Shown one piece after another: positions 57,009 through 64,000 of a stretch of 64,000 nucleotides of DNA. Origin of the DNA: Octopus vulgaris (lineage: Eukaryota); contig OX597829.1 of assembly GCA_951406725.2 (NCBI GenBank), forward strand, positions 52,762,001 to 52,826,000, written 5' to 3'. The number at the start of each line of letters is the position of its first letter. The first letter of the stretch is position 1. A program made the position numbers and the translations under genes. The notes beneath the pieces were generated by a model. That model was given only the letters and a program-made list of their open reading frames with translations. It did no database searches and was not told where the DNA came from.

Positions 57009-57445
57009 CGCAGGAGAGGCTGTGTAGTAATAAGCTTGCTTCCCAACCACATGGTTCTGGGTTCAGTTCCACTGAGTGGCACCTTGGGTGTCTTCTACTA
57101 TAGCCTTGGGCCAACCTCAACCTTGTGAGTGGATTTGGTCGACGGAATCTGAAAGAAGCCTGTTGTGTGTGTGTGGGTGTGTGTGTGTGTGTATGTTTGT
57201 GTGTGTGTGTGTGCGCGCGCGCGCGCGTGTTTGTTTGTGTGTCTGTGTTTGTCCCCCATCATCACTAGACAACCAATGTTGGTGTGTTTACATCACCGTA
57301 AGCTAGAGGTTCGGCAAAAGACTCTGATAGAATAAGTACTGGGCTTACAAAAAGAATAAGTCCCGGGGTCGAGTTGCTCGACTAAAGGCGGTGTTCCAGC
57401 ATGGCCGCAGTCAAATGACTGAAACAAATAAAAGAATAAAAGAAA
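57007..57445 (+). mobile_element. Full-length CORE-type SINE
   Basis: Head ggcgcaggagaggctgtgtagtaa..gggttcagttcc; A-rich tail. Confidence 0.9.
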
Positions 57446-57455
57446 AAATATATAT

Positions 57456-57726
57456 ACTCTTTTACTCTTTTACTCTTTTACTTGTTTCAGTCCTTTGACT
57501 GCGGCCATGCTGGAGCACCGCCTTTTGTCGAGCAACTCGACCCCGGGACTTATTCTTTTTGTAAGCTCAGTACTTATTCTATCGGTCTCTTTTTTGCCGA
57601 ACCGCTAAGTGACGGGGACGTAAACACACCAGCATCGGTTGTCAAACAATGCTAGGGGAACAAACACAGACACACAAACACACACACATACATATATACA
57701 TATACATATATACGACGGGCTTCTTT
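57456..57726 (-). mobile_element. CORE-type SINE 3' half, tail-to-tail with the previous copy
   Basis: Reverse complement of 57150-57445. Confidence 0.9.
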
Positions 57727-57896
57727 ATATAAATTTTTTTCGTAATGAGATAAAAAAAACCAAGGCCGGAGACGTCTCCGATGAAGGGATATAATAAATA
57801 TCCTGGAAACAGCTGTAAGCCCTTCTATCTATAAATGTTCTAAAATCTACACAGCCTTGGTTTTTTTTATCTCTTTACGAAAAAACTTTTTATATA
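57726..57896 (+). mobile_element. Fold-back mini-element with a hammerhead motif in its loop
   Basis: ~40 bp inverted ends; gtct-CCGATGA-a-gggatat-aataa-atatcct-g-GAAA-cagctg-TA-agcc at 57774-57821. Confidence 0.7.
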
Positions 57897-58014
57897 CACA
57901 CACTGACATATGACCAACGCTGAACCCTTTATTCGCTTAATCACCGCACCTGGAACTTAGCTACAGTCTATCTATAGCACTTATTCAGCAATGACACCTT
58001 TACCTCTCATAACC

Positions 58015-58052
<38 letters not shown>

Positions 58053-58060
58053 CACACACA

Positions 58061-58105
<45 letters not shown>

Positions 58106-58530
58106 TCACACACACACACAGACACAAACACACACACAAACACACACACAAACACACACACACATATATGTTTATATATATCATGTTGAACCGTTAACCC
58201 CCTCACATCTTTCTCTTTCCGTTTCTTTTGTTTTTCCTTTCACCACCACCACCACCACCGCCACCGCAACCGCCGTCGCCACCACCACCGCCGCCGTCTC
58301 CACCACAGCTGCCACCATCCTGTTTCTCCAAATTCTAACCGGAAATTCTAGATCCTTAAACTCTAAATTATGAACTTATATATTTATAGATTTAATGATG
58401 AAAGCTAGGACACTTTTGATCAAAGTCGGGCGTTTACTCCAGTAAACAGATACACACGTGCACACACACACATACACACACACACAGATATACGTGTATA
58501 TATATATGTACATATACATGTATATATATA

Positions 58531-58600
<70 letters not shown>

Positions 58601-58694
58601 ATCCAAACGTGAAAACACAAAGAGAAAACACAACAACGCGAGGACGTGTAAAAAATATAGTATTATTGGATGCTCAGGAAGGAAGGGAAGGAGG

Positions 58695-58729
58695 GTTTAA
58701 CGTTTCGAGCGGAGCTCTTCGTCAGAAAC
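58695..58729 (-). ncRNA. Minimal type-I hammerhead ribozyme motif
   Basis: gttt-CTGACGA-a-gagc-tcc-gctc-GAAA-cg-TT-aaac: full core, paired helices I and II, palindromic helix III. Confidence 0.8.
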
Positions 58730-58840
58730 ATAGGAAAAGGAAAGATCCAGAGAAGGGAAGACAGAGGGAAAAAAATCGCCATATATATGGGGGAAAAAGT
58801 CAAGGTAAAAAATGCTAAAATAATTTTATAAAAAACATTT

Positions 58841-58876
58841 CAGTACCGGTTTCAGTCATTGAGACTTTTTCAACTG
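58841..58876 (-). ncRNA. Minimal hammerhead, U3-A8 variant (left arm)
   Basis: Exact reverse complement of 59963-59998. Confidence 0.75.
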
Positions 58877-59669
58877 TAAGTATGGAAAACAATTAAATTT
58901 TGGAAAAATTAAAAGAAAAGTTGTTTTTAAAGAATATTTACATAGTGTTCAAATACAAGGGGCTTTTTCCTTGTTTCTGCCTGTTTCTGTCTCTCTTGTT
59001 TACTCTTGTGGGTTCGAGGTCGTTGTGAATTCTTGGTAGGGAAGAAAAGAGAGAAAAGAAGGAATGCAGGTAGTATGATAGTAGTAAGGTGTTAAATGGT
59101 CAGGTGACCTAAAAGTGACTCGTTATGGATTATAGCAGTGATTGGGACTGTTTTTAAATGAATTCTTGGGAATCTCTTGAGAGTATAATTTTTAATATTT
59201 GTGTGTGTGTTTGTGTTATTCTAAGACCGTGGTGGATACAGATCCCAGATCAAAATTCCTCAAAACAGATAAATAGCATTCAGCCAACACATAGACATTT
59301 GCGCCAATAACAAAGATTCAAGCTTCAGAATTTTCCCCCTCTACCAATTCATGGACGATACAACCTGTAGCCAACAAATTAGTAAGGAGACTCTCTTTAT
59401 TACAAAATACAGACCCCATTTGAACGCGTCTACAACAAACGACATATCCACCACGGCCTTAGAATAACACAAATACACACACAAATATTTAAAATGATAC
59501 ACTCAAGAGATTCCCAAGAATTCATTAAAAGACAGACCCAATCACTGTGATAATCCATAACGAGTCACTTTTAGGTCACTTGACCATTTAACATCTTACT
59601 ACCTACATTCCTTCTTTTCTCCCTTCTCTTTTTTTCTTCTCCCTTCTTCTTTTTCTTCTTCTTCTTCTT

Positions 59670-59737
<68 letters not shown>

Positions 59738-59962
59738 CCTCCTCCTCCTCCTCCTCCTCCTCCTCCTCCTCCTCCTTCTTCTTCTTCTTCTTCTTCTTCT
59801 TCTTCTTCTCCTTCTTCTTCCCTACCTCGAACCTACAAGAGTAAACAAGAGACAGAAACAGGCAGGAACAAGGAAAATGCCACTTGTATTTGAACACTAT
59901 GCAATATTCTTTTAAAAAACTTTTCTCTTAATTTTCCCAAATTTAATTGTTTTCCATACTTA

Positions 59963-59998
59963 CAGTTGAAAAAGTCTCAATGACTGAAACCGGTACTG
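59963..59998 (+). ncRNA. Minimal hammerhead, U3-A8 variant (right arm)
   Basis: cag-TTGAAAA-agtc-tcaat-gact-GAAA-ccgg-TA-ctg. Confidence 0.75.
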
Positions 59999-60349
59999 AA
60001 ATGTTTTTTAAAAAATTATTTTAGCATTTTGACCTTTTTCCATATATATCAACTCGTGTGTTCGTTTTCAACCTTCTACACACACACACACATATGTATA
60101 TATGCTTTTATCCTTCGAAACGTAGAGTAGATGAAAGCTTTAGCGACTGAAGAAGGGGTTTTTCCTTGTGTTAATTGTCCTGTATTCTATTTTTTTGCTG
60201 TTTTTAAATAAATGTCCAGTTCCTTTGGTTTGTGTCTATGTTTTCGTTTCTCATTGTGTTCGACGTCCTTTTTGGTGTCCTGTACTTATATATGCGCGTA
60301 TATGTACATGTAGAGATAGGTACGTACATATATGTTTATCTATCTATCT

Positions 60350-60520
60350 ATATACGACGGGCTTCTTTTAGTTTCCGCCTACCAAATCCTCTCGCAAGGT
60401 TTCGGTCGGCCCGAGGCTATAGTAGAAGACACTTGCCCAAGGTGCTACGCAGCGAGACTGAACCTGGAAACATGTGGTTGAGAAGCAAGCTTCTTACCAT
60501 TCAGCCATGCCTGCGCCTGT
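60350..60520 (-). mobile_element. CORE-type SINE head
   Basis: gaagacacttgcccaaggtgc; aggcgcaggcatggctg head on minus strand. Confidence 0.8.
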
Positions 60521-60539
60521 ATAAATCAAACTACGAATT

Positions 60540-61560
60540 AAATGTAGCTCTAGTAATGCAAACATTATCGGTCACAAATACAAAGTGTGTTTTGTTTATC
60601 CGCCAATTTTGGTGCGGGATAGCGCACCGGGAAAACTCCCTACACGACGCCGATTGTTAAGGAACCTTTGAATGTCACAGACAAGTCAAAACAATTCACC
60701 TCGGAATCACCCAGAATGCTAGATACTGATATTTCGCCTGATCCGAATAGACGGTATTGATAATCCATAATAATGGTGAAATATCGATAACTACTATTCT
60801 CGTTGGTTCCGAATTGTCTCGCCTCGTCTGTGACAGTCAGTTGTTCTTTGACACTCGTTGTTGTGTAGATAGCTTTCCCAGGAAAGCTCTCTCTCGCAGC
60901 AAATTTGGTGAATAAGCAAAACACATTCACTACGTATGTACGACCGATAATGCCTACAAAATGCAATTATTGTAGATAATTTTCAAAACCGATCTATTGT
61001 TATTCGTATTCTGTCTTCAAATTTCTCCAGTAAAAGTGAAATATAATTTATGATCCCTGTATGCTGGGTTAGCGATTCTTGAGATGGAACTATTCTTTAA
61101 GTGTACATTCTAGGGGTGATTATTGTTTAGGTAATACCAAAATTCAACTAAATTATCACAGAACCATGATTCTCCAAACATTGACTGTGATATCATTTCT
61201 ACAACGGTCGCGCATTTCAGTTCAGATCACAATTATCAAATACCGAAGTCCAACATTTACATCGAAAGGTTTCGCCACCATTTATCCTAACGCAAATATC
61301 TTAGCATTCGTATAGACTTTAAGGCAAACGCAAGTTGTTCATAACTCTCAAACTCCTGCAAAACCCTCTGCAACACGTGGTCATACGTTTATTCGCGGTC
61401 TAAAGCAAGCGTACAGCTCTTCACTCTATTTCAAAGATTTCTCGAAAACCTGCCGTAGAGTGAACGTCTGGTCGGTCGTGATGCATCCAGGACAGAAGCC
61501 ACACTGTTCCTTAGCTAACTTGGGCAAGACAATTCCTCTCCATCTTTTTCCAGACACCAG
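60540..61560 (-). mobile_element. Very degenerate LTR-retrotransposon (Ty3/gypsy-like) pol remnant
   Basis: Integrase-like HFVG..TYVVNV..FTKF..TT.SVKEQLTVTD..RQF; upstream RNase H-like fragments; many stops. Confidence 0.4.
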
Positions 61561-61644
61561 GAAAATCATCAAGGAGATTTTTTATAATTAGAACACTCGC
61601 TCTTGTCTCCCTTTTTAAAATTAGGATTATCACTTCAGATTACC

Positions 61645-61880
61645 ATTTCTTATTTCTTTATTGCTCACAAGGGGCTAAACACAGAAGGAACAAACAAGGA
61701 CAGATAAACGGATTAAGTCGATTACATTGACCCCAGTGCATAACTGGTGCTTAATTTATCGATCCCGAAAGGATGACAGGCAAAGTCGACCTCGGCAGAA
61801 TTTGAACTCAGAACGTAACAGCAGACGAAATACCGCTAAGCATTTCCCCCGACATGCTAACGTTTCTGCCAGCTCGCCGC
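61645..61880 (-). mobile_element. Young Nin/Deu SINE
   Basis: Very similar to 53181-53409. Confidence 0.9.
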
Positions 61881-61984
61881 CTTCTTTGGAGTTTTTCCAC
61901 TTCTTTGGAGTCTTTCCAGAGGTCCGAGCCATCTGACATAGATGTATCAACCAGAGAATATCTTCTAAGGCTTTTAACATCTCA

Positions 61985-62520
61985 GGCCAAATTTAGGAAT
62001 GATGGGAAACAGGAGACCGAATTAGATGCTAGAATTGCTGGTACTGGCAAAGTAACGCCCCAGCTGCAGCATTTGATCTTCAAATCGAGCGGAGAGGTTA
62101 GTAAAAAAAAGCCGAACTCGCTACTTTCAGTTCGGTTTTCCTGCCCTTTCTCATCTACGGTCCTGAATGTTGGGTAAGGGCCGAAAGAGTACAATCATGA
62201 ATACAAGCGACTGAAATGGAATTCCTCTGAAGGATCCCTGGAGTGATGTTAATCGAACATGTGATTAGAATGTTGTAGAAAAGAATTGGAAAGTGGATTC
62301 TTCAAGCCAAGCCAGCCAGCCAGAGATTTAGGGGTATACCACAAATGAGATGGCTGAATAATTTTCATAGATTTCAGTTGGTTACGCTTTCGGAAATCCA
62401 GTCGGAAAGTGTAATGATTATTGCTACTGCTAGGGCCCTATGGAAGAAGATTCTATTCCCACGACCCTTCCGGAAATTGTGGATGGAGAACATGAACGGG
62501 TGGAATGATGGATAGTGCTG
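61985..62520 (+). mobile_element. RTE LINE 3' region
   Basis: NDGKQETELDARIA...IYGPECWV...IQATEMEFL; degenerate (GGAT) tail. Confidence 0.8.
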
Positions 62521-63023
62521 ACGATATTCTGCAAATGAAATTTATTTCAAAATTTCGATTTATTCATTTATTTTCCATTTTACCCTTTCTTCGTTCGGGA
62601 GCACCTCACCAGCTGTAGCATTTTCATTTTTGAATATTTCTCTTAAAATATTTTTTCGTTGTTCTGAATTTAGCATTAAAGATTATGACTTTAAAAAAAG
62701 ACTTTAAAAGAGAGTAGGTGTTATTCATGGTCAGGAATTAGGTGTTTATATTCTAGGATTAGGTTTTAATGTTCAGATTTAGAGTTTAAGGATCTGGAAT
62801 TTCTGGTTCGAGTTGGGAGAAACAAGATTCAAAGCATTCAATTTCCGCGTTTCCTCCTCTTTTTTCTTTTTTCTCAGAATCGCAATTTGTTATTTAAAAC
62901 GGAAATCCAAAAACAAACAGAGAAAAATGTTTGTGAGTTACCAACTCTACCTGTTGTTTGTCAACAAGCTTTACCAGTATATATATATATATATATATAT
63001 ATACTCACACACATATAGACGTA

Positions 63024-63469
63024 CTAGCAGCTAAGTCCGGTTTGACCCGGTCGGTTTGGATGATGTGGCTGTAAAACCTGCTCTGTGTAAACATTTGACT
63101 CGTTTGGACACGCTTATATTAAAAATTTATTTTAGAATGACATTTTTCTGTCAAAACGCTAAAAATAACTGACCAACAGCAAAAAAAACAAAACAAGATT
63201 CAACGTAATCAAAAAATAAACCCAAATACTAAGCGAACAAAGATGAACCATCCCACTTCCATTGCACACGCACACGCTCACACACATTCACTTGCCCCAC
63301 TTTTACATACACGTATATTCACACAGAGTTGAAATGCTGTTTGATTTATTTTTTCAGCGTACAATTTTCATCATCCCACTACCAAGTATGACATCACCCC
63401 TTCCTTCCTTTTCCATCTATCGCCCCCTTCCTTTCTCATTCATAAACACAAGACTATTATTATAGTAGA
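63024..63469 (-). mobile_element. Non-autonomous Helitron
   Basis: Minus strand A|TCTACTATAATAA ... ccgggtcaaaccgg hairpin ... CTAG|T. Confidence 0.75.
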
Positions 63470-64000
63470 TTACCTCGGTAACAATGGAGGCTATGAAAAA
63501 ATACAAAGCCCAGCTTTACCACCGGATCATTCTACACATCTGAGTAAATTTTTCGCGCATTTCCACCCAGCCGTTAGATCGTGAATCCCAAGACAAGAAA
63601 GAATCGCCCATGTCAAATTTATATGTACAGATTATGTTGCAATATTAATATGAATTCTTCCTGCTCACCAGATCCTCCAGCTGGTGGACAACAAAAACCA
63701 GATCTGCTAATACATTGGAGAAGAAGGTTATACTCTATAGAAATGAAGTAAAACTTTCTGTCCTGGAATCTCGATTGGTCGAATGAAATGGAAAAGAACC
63801 ATAAATATCCAAACTTTCGATGCTGACGTCAATAACTGCATGATCGATTTTGAGTTGCAATGCTGCAGTGTAGAGAAATTCGATTGGTCAGTAAGTTGAT
63901 ACGTCATCAAAACAGCTGTCGAATTACAAGTGAGAAGAGAGTGGGAAGAGGAAATCAATAATAACCACGTGTTTATTATCATTTCATGGTTATGTTTACT

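Larger units (their letters stand above)
58781..60049. mobile_element. Penelope-like element: inverted pseudo-LTRs around a GIY-YIG C-terminus
   Basis: Arms 58781-59238 / 59445-60049 are reverse complements; spacer encodes IAFSQHIDICANNKDSSFRIFPLYQ...KETLFITKYRPHLN (59273-59467). Confidence 0.85.

Overview
AT-rich animal genomic DNA, dense in microsatellites and SINEs. The repeat repertoire (tRNA-headed CORE-, Nin/Deu-, V- and Meta-domain SINEs; RTE, CR1, R4-type and Tx1-like LINE fragments) suggests an octopus or other coleoid cephalopod; this is an inference. The left part holds the last four coding exons of an unidentified + strand gene (11611-11703, 15960-15991, 23168-23316, 25121-25353), which splice in consistent phase. 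There is a possible alternative terminal exon at 16017 and long UTR-like tracts. The right ~26 kb is intergenic and stacked with transposable elements. The most striking unexplained signal is a set of unrelated small fold-back elements that carry minimal type-I hammerhead ribozyme (HHR) motifs, intact or decayed, including U3-A8 and C4 core variants. One of them encloses a Penelope-type GIY-YIG C-terminus, and five motifs cluster at 57.7-60.3 kb. Nearly all ORFs in the supplied track are microsatellite or TE artefacts. Repeat boundaries were read by eye and are approximate.
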